DNA of 64,000 bases. Origin: an uncultured Acidobacteriota bacterium (lineage in GTDB: Bacteria; Acidobacteriota; Thermoanaerobaculia; Thermoanaerobaculales; Sulfomarinibacteraceae). Of this stretch, positions 26,909 through 35,338 are shown piece by piece. The position numbers and the translations under genes were made by a program. Below the pieces are notes generated by a model. The model saw only the letters and a list, made by a program, of their open reading frames with translations, did not search any database and was not told where the DNA came from. The stretch lies in the NCBI GenBank assembly GCA_963814875.1, contig CAWFFJ010000019.1:67482-131481 (forward strand), written 5' to 3'. How positions within the stretch are numbered: the stretch's first letter is position 1; every line of letters starts with the position of its first letter.

Positions 26909-28425
26909 GCGAGGAGCTCCCCGGCGCGGTCGCGGATCCGCTCGGCGACGCGATCCGCCAGCGCCATGATCGTGACGTAGGGGTTGATCTCGGAACAGTG
27001 TGGGAACAGCGAGGCATCGGCGACGTAGAGCCACGGCGTGCCGTGCACCTGGCCCCACGCGTCGGTGACCGAGTCCGCTACCCCGGAGCCCATTCGGCAC
27101 CCGCCCATCACGTGGGCGCTGGTGACGGACATTCGTCCCGGCACCACCCGCTCACGGGGGATCAGCTCGTCGACGCGGTCGGCCTGGGAGCGGTCGATGA
27201 AGAACCGTACCCCGGCCGGTGCATGGACCCGCCGGGCGCCGGCAGCGAAGAAGATCCGCGCCGACGCCCTCATCGATGCGTGCAGCGAGTCGAGCACCGG
27301 CTCGGTCAGGGTGTAATCGACCACCGGTTCGCCATCCCGGTCAATCGTGACTCGGTTCGACGGGATCGCCGGGTCGAGGGCGAGGACCAGGATCATCTGC
27401 AGGCGCGGAAAGGCGTGCATCAGTTGGGAGTGCTCGGCACCGAACCCGATCAGGTTCTTCGCGGTCGTGAACGGGAAGTACATGCAGGTCTCGAGCAGGA
27501 AACGTCCGGACTCCAAGAACTCGTCGCTGTAGTAACTCTTGGGGTGGCCGTAGAAGTTGGTGATCTCGTGCTCGTGCTCGCCAACCAGGATCAGGGCCGG
27601 ATGGAGGGTAAGGTAGCGGCCAAGCGCAGGCAGGCGGTCGCCGAAGCCGGAGCGCAGCAGCAGCGCCGAGCCCTGCACCGCTCCGCCCGCCACGACGACG
27701 ACCTTCGCCCGAATCCGGTAGGCACCCGGCTCCCACGCCGACGGCTCGCCCCACCCCGGGTTCGCGACCGTCGCGCTGACCTCACCCTCGCCGATGCGCT
27801 CGACCCGGCAGTTGGTCACCACCTCCACGCCCGCGCGCTCGGCCGCGGGCAGCTGCACGCGGTGGGTTCCCTGTTTGGCGAGATTCGGGCAGCCGAGGTT
27901 GCACAGGCTCGAGCCGCGGCACCCCGAGACGTTGATCGGGAACTGCTGGACCCTGAAGCCGAGACGCCGGCAGCCGTCCCGGAACAGGCGGTTGTTGTCG
28001 TTGATCAGTTCGTCCTCCTCGAGGTGGACGTTGTTCTCCTCGAGGTACTTCTCCGACCTGGTCACGACATCGGCCCAGTCCAGACCGGGTACCGCCCAAC
28101 GTGCGACCACCCGCTCAGGCACGGTCAACGAGGTGCCGGTGTAGACCACCGTCGAGCCGCCGTAGGCGCGGCCCATGGCGAGGGTCATGGTACGGTCTCT
28201 GGTCAGAGTTCCACCGGAGTCGAAGAAGAGCTTCTCGGCCATCTCGACTTCGCGGCCGGTGTACTCCTCGGGCCGCAGCTTGGCGCCCCACTCGAGGACA
28301 GTCACCCGTTTACCTGCAGTCGCCAGGGGGGCGAGCTCCTTGGCGACCGCTCCGCCGCCGGCGCCCGAACCGATCACCAGGACGTCGGTCTCACGCTCCG
28401 CCACCGAGCCTCCCGCGAGCGTCAC
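26905..28425 (-). CDS. GMC-family FAD-dependent oxidoreductase
   Basis: FAD Rossmann motif TDVLVIGSGAGGGAVAKEL. GMC C-terminal features include HVMGGCRMG and LYVADASLFP. An alternative GTG start at 28404 follows GGGAGG. Confidence 0.9.
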   Translation of the reverse strand: MTLAGGSVAERETDVLVIGSGAGGGAVAKELAPLATAGKRVTVLEWGAKLRPEEYTGREVEMAEKLFFDSGGTLTRDRTMTLAMGRAYGGSTVVYTGTSLTVPERVVARWAVPGLDWADVVTRSEKYLEENNVHLEEDELINDNNRLFRDGCRRLGFRVQQFPINVSGCRGSSLCNLGCPNLAKQGTHRVQLPAAERAGVEVVTNCRVERIGEGEVSATVANPGWGEPSAWEPGAYRIRAKVVVVAGGAVQGSALLLRSGFGDRLPALGRYLTLHPALILVGEHEHEITNFYGHPKSYYSDEFLESGRFLLETCMYFPFTTAKNLIGFGAEHSQLMHAFPRLQMILVLALDPAIPSNRVTIDRDGEPVVDYTLTEPVLDSLHASMRASARIFFAAGARRVHAPAGVRFFIDRSQADRVDELIPRERVVPGRMSVTSAHVMGGCRMGSGVADSVTDAWGQVHGTPWLYVADASLFPHCSEINPYVTIMALADRVAERIRDRAGELLA

Positions 28426-28801
28426 GCAGCGGAGCGTAGCCGATCTCGGGCCACACCTCCGGCTGGCCGTAGTAACCCATGAAAACGAGTGCTTTCAGCC
28501 CCCAGAAGCCCTGGCGGAGAAGGCCGATCGGGCCGTCCTGGAGCCATCGCAGCCAGACATCGCGCCGCCCGTCGTCGAGGCGGTCGAAGGTCCGGCCCCA
28601 CCGCAGCGCCGGCCCAATCTGGATGAGGTTGAGGAAGGTCCCGATCTGACGCCGGACGCCGGGCGGACGCGCGGCCAGCGCGGAGTCCACGATCGCCTCG
28701 AAGCGGGCCCACCCGCCGCTGTCCATCGCGGACGTCTCCGGCACCACGCGGCGAGCGATCGCCCGGAGCACGTCGACCTTCGAGTCTGGCAGGTGCCGCA
28801 T
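28391..28801 (-). CDS. gluconate-2-dehydrogenase-subunit-3-like small subunit (no Tat signal seen)
   Basis: It shows the family pattern VLRAIARRVVPETSAMDSGGW...FWGLKALVFMGYYGQPEVWPEIGY. ATG 28801 has TAGAAT 6 nt upstream; the track start GTG 28804 is 3 nt further. It overlaps the GMC gene start. Confidence 0.6.
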   Translation of the reverse strand: MRHLPDSKVDVLRAIARRVVPETSAMDSGGWARFEAIVDSALAARPPGVRRQIGTFLNLIQIGPALRWGRTFDRLDDGRRDVWLRWLQDGPIGLLRQGFWGLKALVFMGYYGQPEVWPEIGYAPLRDARGRLGGGA

Positions 28802-28810
28802 CACCCCATT

Positions 28811-29318
28811 CTACGGCGACCGGGCGAGAACCACAGAGCTCTGCGCGCAGTAACCCGTCGATCGGCCGCCCAAGCGATCAGCGTGATGGAGGACCGCTGC
28901 GGGGATCTCGACCCCGCGAGCTCGCATCAGGACAAGATCGCTCTGCACTTCCTGGTTTTCTGCATACGCCGCCTCCAGATGCTGATATCGGTTGCCCAGC
29001 GTCCGCCCGCTGGCCTCCGACAACCGCAGCGCGGTATTACTGCGCCGCTTCGCGGCTTGTGACTCACCCCGATCAGCCCGCTCCTGCTGTCGTCCTCGCT
29101 TCGCGATGACGACGCGATCGCTGGGCTGCTCGCGGCGAGTTGTCGGCAGCCCGGACCAGGTGGTCTCTCAGATGTGACAGGCCACGAGGCAATGACAGCT
29201 CGGCGAGGCTCGCGGCGAGCTCTACGGCGACTGAGAGCGCGACGAGCTTGGCCCGACCCCGAGGCAGGCTACGGTGGGAGGTTCGTGGCTGGCTGGACGG
29301 GGGAGTGTGCTGGCTCAT
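28811..29318 (-). pseudogene. possible disrupted four-helix-bundle (23S rRNA IVS / TIGR02436-like) protein gene
   Basis: Two minus-strand ORFs lie in different frames. ORF 29073..29420 contains LVALSVAVELAASLAELSLPRGLSHLRDHLVRAADNSPRAAQRS, which resembles the helix1-helix2 consensus ...PKEE.YGLTSQ.RRAA.SIP.NIAEG. ORF 28811..29023 contains RYQHLEAAYAENQEVQSDLVLMRARGV, which resembles F..IA.GS..E..T.L.LA..LGY. A stop and frame change separate them. Confidence 0.35.
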
Positions 29319-29480
29319 GCCATTCCACAGAGGCGGGCGGTGGCCGGCTGTCAGGGGCGGCCGTAGGCCGCGAGCGCAGCGAGCTTGCCCTTGACTGCCG
29401 GCCGCCGGTCGCCTACCCACTCCAGCTGAGCCAGCACACTCTCCGTCCAGCCAGCCCGGCCACCCGCGGGACCTCGATCC

Positions 29481-29533
29481 CGACCCCGCCGCCAGCTGCC
29501 TGCGGCCCGCTGCCCGACCCCCCGGATTCGGCC
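29481..29533. repeat. GC-rich direct repeat, copy A
   Basis: cgaccccgccgccagctgcctgcggcccgctgcccgaccccccggattcggcc. It matches copy B, 180 bp downstream, apart from a 6-7-nt indel and a few substitutions. Confidence 0.55.
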
Positions 29534-29660
29534 CCAGACCGCTTACAGGTCGGCCCAGCTGCTCCGCCCCGGCGTTCGGGTCCGGGATCAGGCTGCGGGC
29601 GGCAGGCCGCGGGGAGCCGGAGTCGGGAGGCCACGGCGTTGCCGGCCGAAATGCCGACCC

Positions 29661-29705
29661 CGACCCCGCCGCCAGCCGCCCGCTGCCCGGCCCCCGGATT
29701 CGGGC
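29661..29705. repeat. GC-rich direct repeat, copy B
   Basis: cgaccccgccgccagccgcccgctgcccggcccccggattcgggc. See copy A. Confidence 0.55.
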
Positions 29706-29803
29706 TCCCGATGCCTCTGGTTCACAGCCGGCAGCACCGGCTCTCAGACCCGCCCGTGAAGTGCTCTTGGGTTGCGGGCGGCGCCCGCGCTGAGGTTCAG
29801 ACC

Positions 29804-31060
29804 CTACGTCAGCGTCTCCGGCGGGTGGAACGTCGGCATGATGTCGTTCAGCACCCGGATGACGTCGCGCGCGATCGTCTTCTCCTCGTTGGTCGGCACG
29901 ACCATCGCTTTGACCCCCGAAGTGGGCGTGCTGATCTCAGCCTCCGCACCTCGGACTGAGGCGTTGACGTCGCGGTCGAGCTCGAGGCCCATGTACTCGA
30001 GCCCACTGAGAGCGGCCTCGCGGACCTCGGGAGAGTTTTCTCCGATGCCACCCGTGAAGAACACGGCATCGACGCCGCCCATCGCCGCAGTGTATGCGCC
30101 GATGTACTTCTTCACGCGGTAGCAGAACATCCGAAACGCGACATCGGCGCGCTGGTTGCCGGAGGCCCTCGCCGCAAGGATCTCGCGCATGTCAGACGAA
30201 ACCCCGGAGATCCCGTACATCCCCGAGTGCTTGTTGAGCATGGTGTTGCACTGGTGGAGGGTCATCTCCTCCATCGCAATCAGCCACGGGATGATCGCCG
30301 GGTCCATGTCGCCCGACCGGGTGCCCATCAGCAGCCCTTCGAGCGGGGTGAACCCCATCGAGGTGTCGATGCTCCTGCCGTGGTCGATCGCCGCGAGCGA
30401 GCAGCCGTTGCCGAGGTGGATCGTGATCAGGCGGCGGTCCTCCCGCTCCCAGCCGAGCAGCTGGCAGCCGCGGAACGCGACGTACCTGTGCGAGGTTCCA
30501 TGGAAGCCGTACCGCCTCAGGTGGTGCTTCTTGTAGAACTGGAAGGGAATGCCGTACAGGAAGGCGTGCGCGGGCATGGTCTGGTGGAAGGCGGTGTCGA
30601 AGACCGCCACGTGCGGCACATCGGGCAGCGCCTGGTGGGCGGCGCGGTAACCGCGCAGGTTGGGCGGATTGTGCAGCGGCGCCAGCACGGAGCAGGCCTC
30701 GATCCTCGACACCACCTCGGGAGTGATCAGCACCGACGAGGCGAACTCCTCGCCGCCGTGTACCATGCGGTGCCCGACCGCGCCGATGTCGGTGACCTTC
30801 TCGAGGATGCCGTGCTCGGGGTCGGCCAGCAGGCGCAGCGCCCAGTCGATCGCCGCGCGGTGCTCGAGGATTTCCCGGTAGTCCTGGAACTGCTTTCGGC
30901 CCGGGATGCTGAGCACGAGCCTGGAGTCGGAGAGCCCGATCTTCTCGACCAGGCCGATCGCCAAGGTCAGGTCGTTGTGGGCGTTCATCCGTTCGAGGTC
31001 GGTCTCGATGACTTGGAACTTGACCGAAGACGATCCACTGTTGAGCACAAGGACCTTCAT
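29804..31060 (-). CDS. ackA: acetate kinase
   Basis: MKVLVLNSGSSSVKFQVIE... It is a full-length (418 aa) acetate/propionate kinase family member. SD GGAGGGAG lies upstream, and it starts 35 nt after the hbd stop. Confidence 0.95.
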   Translation of the reverse strand: MKVLVLNSGSSSVKFQVIETDLERMNAHNDLTLAIGLVEKIGLSDSRLVLSIPGRKQFQDYREILEHRAAIDWALRLLADPEHGILEKVTDIGAVGHRMVHGGEEFASSVLITPEVVSRIEACSVLAPLHNPPNLRGYRAAHQALPDVPHVAVFDTAFHQTMPAHAFLYGIPFQFYKKHHLRRYGFHGTSHRYVAFRGCQLLGWEREDRRLITIHLGNGCSLAAIDHGRSIDTSMGFTPLEGLLMGTRSGDMDPAIIPWLIAMEEMTLHQCNTMLNKHSGMYGISGVSSDMREILAARASGNQRADVAFRMFCYRVKKYIGAYTAAMGGVDAVFFTGGIGENSPEVREAALSGLEYMGLELDRDVNASVRGAEAEISTPTSGVKAMVVPTNEEKTIARDVIRVLNDIMPTFHPPETLT

Positions 31061-31094
31061 GACGCTCCCTCCGCGGGCCCGCCCGGACTGTCGA

Positions 31095-32003
31095 TCAGGC
31101 CATGCCGGGGCGGTCGTCCGCCAAGCGGTCGAGACGGCGGCGGTTCTTATCGTAGGTGAAGAACCCGCGCCCCGTGCGGGCCCCGAACAGACCCGCCCGT
31201 ACCAGGCGCTTGAGCAGCGGGCACGGACGGAACCGCGGCTCTCCCGACTCGTGATAGAGGTGCTGCAGCCAGTTCAGCACCTTGTCGAGGCCGACTCGGT
31301 CGGCCCACTCGAGCGGCCCGGTGCGGAAGTCGAACCCGAGCTTGAGCGCCAGGTCGACGTCGGCCGCCTCGGCGACCCCCTCCATCACCACGTGCATCGC
31401 CTCGTTGACCAGGGGCAGCACCACTCGCGTGGTGACGAAGCCCGGCATCTCGAAGACCTTGATCGGCACCTTGCCGAGCAGACGGGCGAAGGCGACTGCG
31501 TGCTCGAGCGACTCATCCGAGGTCAGCTGGCCGCGCACCACCTCGATCACGCGCGTCGACGTAACCGGGTAGAGGAAGTGCATGCCCAGGATGCGTTCGG
31601 GCCGATTGCAGGATGCCGCAAGCTCGGTGATCGAGAGCGTCGAGGTGTTGATAACGATCGGGTTGTCGCGCGGCATCAAGGAATCGAGCTGCTTCAGGAT
31701 CTCGGCCTTGATGTCGTGGTCCTCCTGGACGGTCTCGATGGCGAGGTCGCACTCGGCCGCGCAGTCGAACTGGGTCACCCAGTGGATGCGGGACAGGATC
31801 GCCTTCTTCTCCGACTCAGTGCGGTCGAAGCGCGCGATCGAGTGGTTGAGCTCGGCCTCGAGCTCGCGCCGACACTGCTCGGCGCGCTCCATCGAGATCT
31901 CCTTCAGACAGACGTTGAGGCCCTCCTGGGCCGCCTTGGTGGCGATGGAACGACCCATCATCCCAGCGCCGATGATCGCGACGGAATGCAGCTCCCAACT
32001 CAT
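31095..32003 (-). CDS. hbd: 3-hydroxyacyl/3-hydroxybutyryl-CoA dehydrogenase
   Basis: NAD Rossmann motif VAIIGAGMMGRSIA. The family core ILGMHFLYPV...RVIEVV and the C-terminal domain GFVTTRVVLPLVNEA...D.ALKLGF..PTGPLEWADRVGLD are both present. Confidence 0.9.
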   Translation of the reverse strand: MSWELHSVAIIGAGMMGRSIATKAAQEGLNVCLKEISMERAEQCRRELEAELNHSIARFDRTESEKKAILSRIHWVTQFDCAAECDLAIETVQEDHDIKAEILKQLDSLMPRDNPIVINTSTLSITELAASCNRPERILGMHFLYPVTSTRVIEVVRGQLTSDESLEHAVAFARLLGKVPIKVFEMPGFVTTRVVLPLVNEAMHVVMEGVAEAADVDLALKLGFDFRTGPLEWADRVGLDKVLNWLQHLYHESGEPRFRPCPLLKRLVRAGLFGARTGRGFFTYDKNRRRLDRLADDRPGMA

Positions 32004-32075
32004 GGCGCGAAGTCTAGCATAGGACTTGTGAAATTATGCGCAAGCACTGCTCAGTTCCGCCCAAAGGCGTCATTG

Positions 32076-32104
32076 TTGTGGGAACTACGAGGCTCCCGTA
32101 TCAT
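32076..32104 (+). promoter_or_regulatory. candidate sigma70-like promoter (TTGTGG-17-TATCAT) ending 6 nt before ATG 32111
   Basis: The sequence is read directly. No SD lies between the -10 and the start, which would imply a leaderless transcript. Confidence 0.4.
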
Positions 32105-32110
32105 GCCGGC

Positions 32111-32617
32111 ATGAGAGGGCGCCTGGCTTTCGTTGTGCTGGCTGTGGTTGCGAGCGCTGTCCTGGCGAGCGCGGCCGAGCACCCCATGTTCCCCGCTGTC
32201 GCCGTGATCTCCCTCGACGACGGCTCCGCGATCGATGTTGCCAGCTTCCGGGGCAGGCCCGTGCTGATGACCTTCTGGGCGAGCTGGTGCGGGCCGTGCC
32301 GGCTCGAGATGCCGGAGCTCAAGCGCCTCTACGACGAGCTCGCGGGCCGCGGCTTCGTCTTTCTTCCGGTCACGATGGACGACTCCAATGAGGCTGCACT
32401 GGAGTTCCTCAAAAAGACCGGATTGGCGTTGCCCGTGTACCGGATGAGCGACCGCGACCTCCGCACCGTGCGCGTGCGGGCGCTGCCGACGAGCTTTCTG
32501 ATCGGTGCCGACGGGCGTGCGGTCCAGGTTTACGAGGGCTACTCTCCGGGCATGGCCGGTCAGGTGCGGGCCCGCGTGCTCGAGATGCTCGGTGCCGCAC
32601 CGGCCGCGATGCCCTGA
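32111..32617 (+). CDS. TlpA/ResA-like periplasmic thiol:disulfide oxidoreductase (thioredoxin fold)
   Basis: ORF 32036..32617 trimmed to ATG 32111. It has a signal peptide ([21 protein letters not shown]). The active site is [16 protein letters not shown]. Confidence 0.8.
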   Translation: MRGRLAFVVLAVVASAVLASAAEHPMFPAVAVISLDDGSAIDVASFRGRPVLMTFWASWCGPCRLEMPELKRLYDELAGRGFVFLPVTMDDSNEAALEFLKKTGLALPVYRMSDRDLRTVRVRALPTSFLIGADGRAVQVYEGYSPGMAGQVRARVLEMLGAAPAAMP

Positions 32618-32623
32618 AGGCGC

Positions 32624-33478
32624 ATGTCGCCCGCCACCCGCAGCTGCACCATCCGACGCGCCGCCGACCTGCTGGCGGTTGTGGGTCTCGCCCTGCTCTC
32701 CGGAGGATGGAGCGGCACTACCATCCGTCACGTCGCGTGGAAGGCGGTCGACTTCTTTCCGCCAGACCTCGCCGAGCAGGTGCGCCGCAACCACCGCCGC
32801 TACGATGCCGGCATCCGGCGCGGCCTGGCCGCACCGCCCGCCTGGCGGGCGGGCGAACCCGGCAGCCTCGAGGCCGCCCTGCTCGACCAGTCGACCCGGT
32901 GCCGCGACGACCTGCTGCGCCCGATCCCACTCGACGACCTGGTCGAGGAGCTCGGCGTGCTCGCGGTGCGCGTGCTCGATGCCAACGATCCGCTGGCGGT
33001 GGCTCATGGAGATCCCCGCGAGCCCGAGTACGCCGGTGCCTACCAGGCGTACACCGACTCCGTCCGCGGGCGCCTCCGGCTGGTCTACTACGGCCGCGAT
33101 ATCGATCTCACCGGGACAGGCGGCCTCCACTCTGCGGTGAGTGCCATCATCGCCCGCAGCCGCACCCTCTACCCCTTCGTCGGCGACGAGTTCTTCCGTG
33201 GCGGCCAGCTGCGCGACTGGCACGCCTTCGACGACCGCTCGGTCGCTTTCGGCGTTGCGGCGGTCGCCCTGTCGCGCGCGATGTCTGACCTCGCCAACTT
33301 CAGCCAGTGGATCTGGCGATCGGGCGGAGGCCTCGTCCCGCCGCCCCCGCCAACACCGGCAGGTCACGTCGGCCCGACGGTCACGGTGATGCTCGGCGGC
33401 GGTTTCCCCGAGCGTGACAAGCAGAGCTCCGGCCAACCCGCCATCCCACGCCGTAGCCTGAGCCTCCCACCGCCATAG
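32624..33478 (+). CDS. hypothetical exported protein
   Basis: 284 aa with an N-terminal hydrophobic segment (LLAVVGLALLSGG) and SD GAAGG. It starts 6 nt after the upstream stop. It has a Pro-rich C-terminus. No family is recognised. Confidence 0.5.
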   Translation: MSPATRSCTIRRAADLLAVVGLALLSGGWSGTTIRHVAWKAVDFFPPDLAEQVRRNHRRYDAGIRRGLAAPPAWRAGEPGSLEAALLDQSTRCRDDLLRPIPLDDLVEELGVLAVRVLDANDPLAVAHGDPREPEYAGAYQAYTDSVRGRLRLVYYGRDIDLTGTGGLHSAVSAIIARSRTLYPFVGDEFFRGGQLRDWHAFDDRSVAFGVAAVALSRAMSDLANFSQWIWRSGGGLVPPPPPTPAGHVGPTVTVMLGGGFPERDKQSSGQPAIPRRSLSLPPP

Positions 33479-33482
33479 TCTT

Positions 33483-33562
33483 CACCACAGAGACACAGAG
33501 AATCACAGAGCCGCCCAGCCAATCCAGGGAGGCGGGTGGGGGGCCTCTGTGCCTCTGTGGTT
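33483..33562. repeat. CACAGAG-type inverted-repeat element (copy 2, short)
   Basis: Left arm: caccacagagacacagagaatcacagag. Then a 33-nt core. Right arm: cctctgtgcctctgtggtt. It sits between convergent genes and abuts the ltaE stop codon. Confidence 0.65.
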
Positions 33563-34606
33563 CAGAACTTGCCGAGCAGGCGGCCGACCGCGGCTGCGGC
33601 GCGCTCGACGTCGGCCATCGAGACCTGGTAGTGGGTCACCATCCGGATGCTGTCGCGCCCCAGGGCGTGCACCAGCACACCCTCCTCGGCCAGTGCGGAG
33701 GCCAGCGCCGCGGCATCCAGCTTCGCGCCGGCCGAGACCTTGAGGAAGACGATATTGGTCTCGACCGCGGCTGGGTCGATCTCGATCCCGGGCACCTCCG
33801 CCAGCAACTCTGCCAAGCGGTGAGCGGTCGCATGGTCCTCGCCGAGCCTCGGCAGCATCTCATCGAGGGCAACCAGCCCCGCCGCGGCGATCACGCCGAC
33901 CTGGCGCATGCCGCCGCCGAACATCTTGCGGATCCGCCGCGCTTCGACAATCGCTGCAAGCTCGCCCACGAGCAGCGACCCGACCGGAGCTGCGAGCCCC
34001 TTGGAAAGGCAGAACATGACCGTATCGCAACCCTCGCAGAGCTCGGCCGGCAGAGACGCCGGCTGCGAGAGCGGCATTGTGGACGCGGGCGCCGTCGAGG
34101 TGGACGGGCAGGCCGTGGCGTTTCGCTGTCGCGACCAGCTCCCGCATCCTCGCGGGCGGCGTCACCCGTCCGCCCGCCAGGTTGTGCGTATTCTCGAGCA
34201 CGACCAGCGAGGTCGGCGTCCGGTAACCGGCCTTGGGCTGGATCGCACCCTCGAGGTCGCTCGGGGAGAGAATCCCGTCGCGGGTCGAGACCGGCCGCGG
34301 CAGCGCGCCGGAAAGCGCCGCCATCGCGCCCATCTCAAAGTTGAAGACGTGGCTCCCCGCCTCGGCGACGACCTCGCTGCCAGCACGGCAGTGCAGGTGG
34401 ATCGCGATCTGGTTGCCCATCGTGCCGGAAGGCACGAACATGCCGGACTCGCGGCCGAGCAGTGCGGCGCCGCACTCCTCCAGACGGCGGACCGTGGGGT
34501 CTTCGCCGTAGACGTCGTCGCCGACATCCGCATGGGCCATGGCCTCACGCATGCTGGGGGTTGGCTGTGTTACCGTATCGGACCGAAGATCGACGGTGGC
34601 ACTCAT
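33562..34606 (-). pseudogene. ltaE: low-specificity L-threonine aldolase interrupted by a 1-nt frameshift
   Basis: ORF 33860..34606 reads MSATVDLRSDTVTQPTPSMREAMAHADVGDDVYGEDPTV...LDGARVHNAALAAGVS and then becomes nonsense. ORF 33562..34077, in another frame, supplies the rest (...LPAELCEGCDTVMFCLSKGLAAPVGSLLVG...), including the PLP-lysine motif. The frames switch within about 34045-34062. Confidence 0.8.
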
Positions 34607-34632
34607 GGTCCGGTATTCTACTCCCTGAACGC

Positions 34633-34661
34633 TTGACTTCCGCTTCCGGGATAGCTAGGAT
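34633..34661 (+). promoter_or_regulatory. candidate promoter of the act operon (TTGACT-17-TAGGAT), 8 nt before ATG 34670
   Basis: gcTTGACTtccgcttccgggatagcTAGGATtcattctcATG. This is a near-consensus -35 with 17-nt spacing. No SD is present. Confidence 0.5.
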
Positions 34662-34669
34662 TCATTCTC

Positions 34670-35325
<656 letters not shown>

Positions 35326-35338
<13 letters not shown>

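Noticed and set aside
28833-29334. ccacagag 8-mers at about 28833 and about 29324 that flank the four-helix-bundle remnant, as possible half-copies of the CACAGAG element.
   Set aside because: A single 8-mer is expected about twice by chance in 64 kb on two strands. Both copies are in the same orientation and lack the heptamer runs.
29481-29705. A tRNA-like T-arm (cggattcgg / ccgaatccgg) inside the direct repeats, hinting at a tRNA-fragment attachment site.
   Set aside because: No cloverleaf or acceptor/T-stem pairing can be drawn. The resemblance is limited to a 7-mer.
25190-31060. The idea that GMC enzyme + ThDP enzyme + ackA (+ the TauE exporter at 49745) form an isethionate/sulfoacetaldehyde (Xsc-type) pathway.
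   Set aside because: The ThDP enzyme shows only generic ALS-family motifs. It shows no particular similarity to the Xsc sequence as I recall it. ackA is separated by a 1-kb non-coding gap, and tauE is 20 kb away. This is speculation without sequence support.
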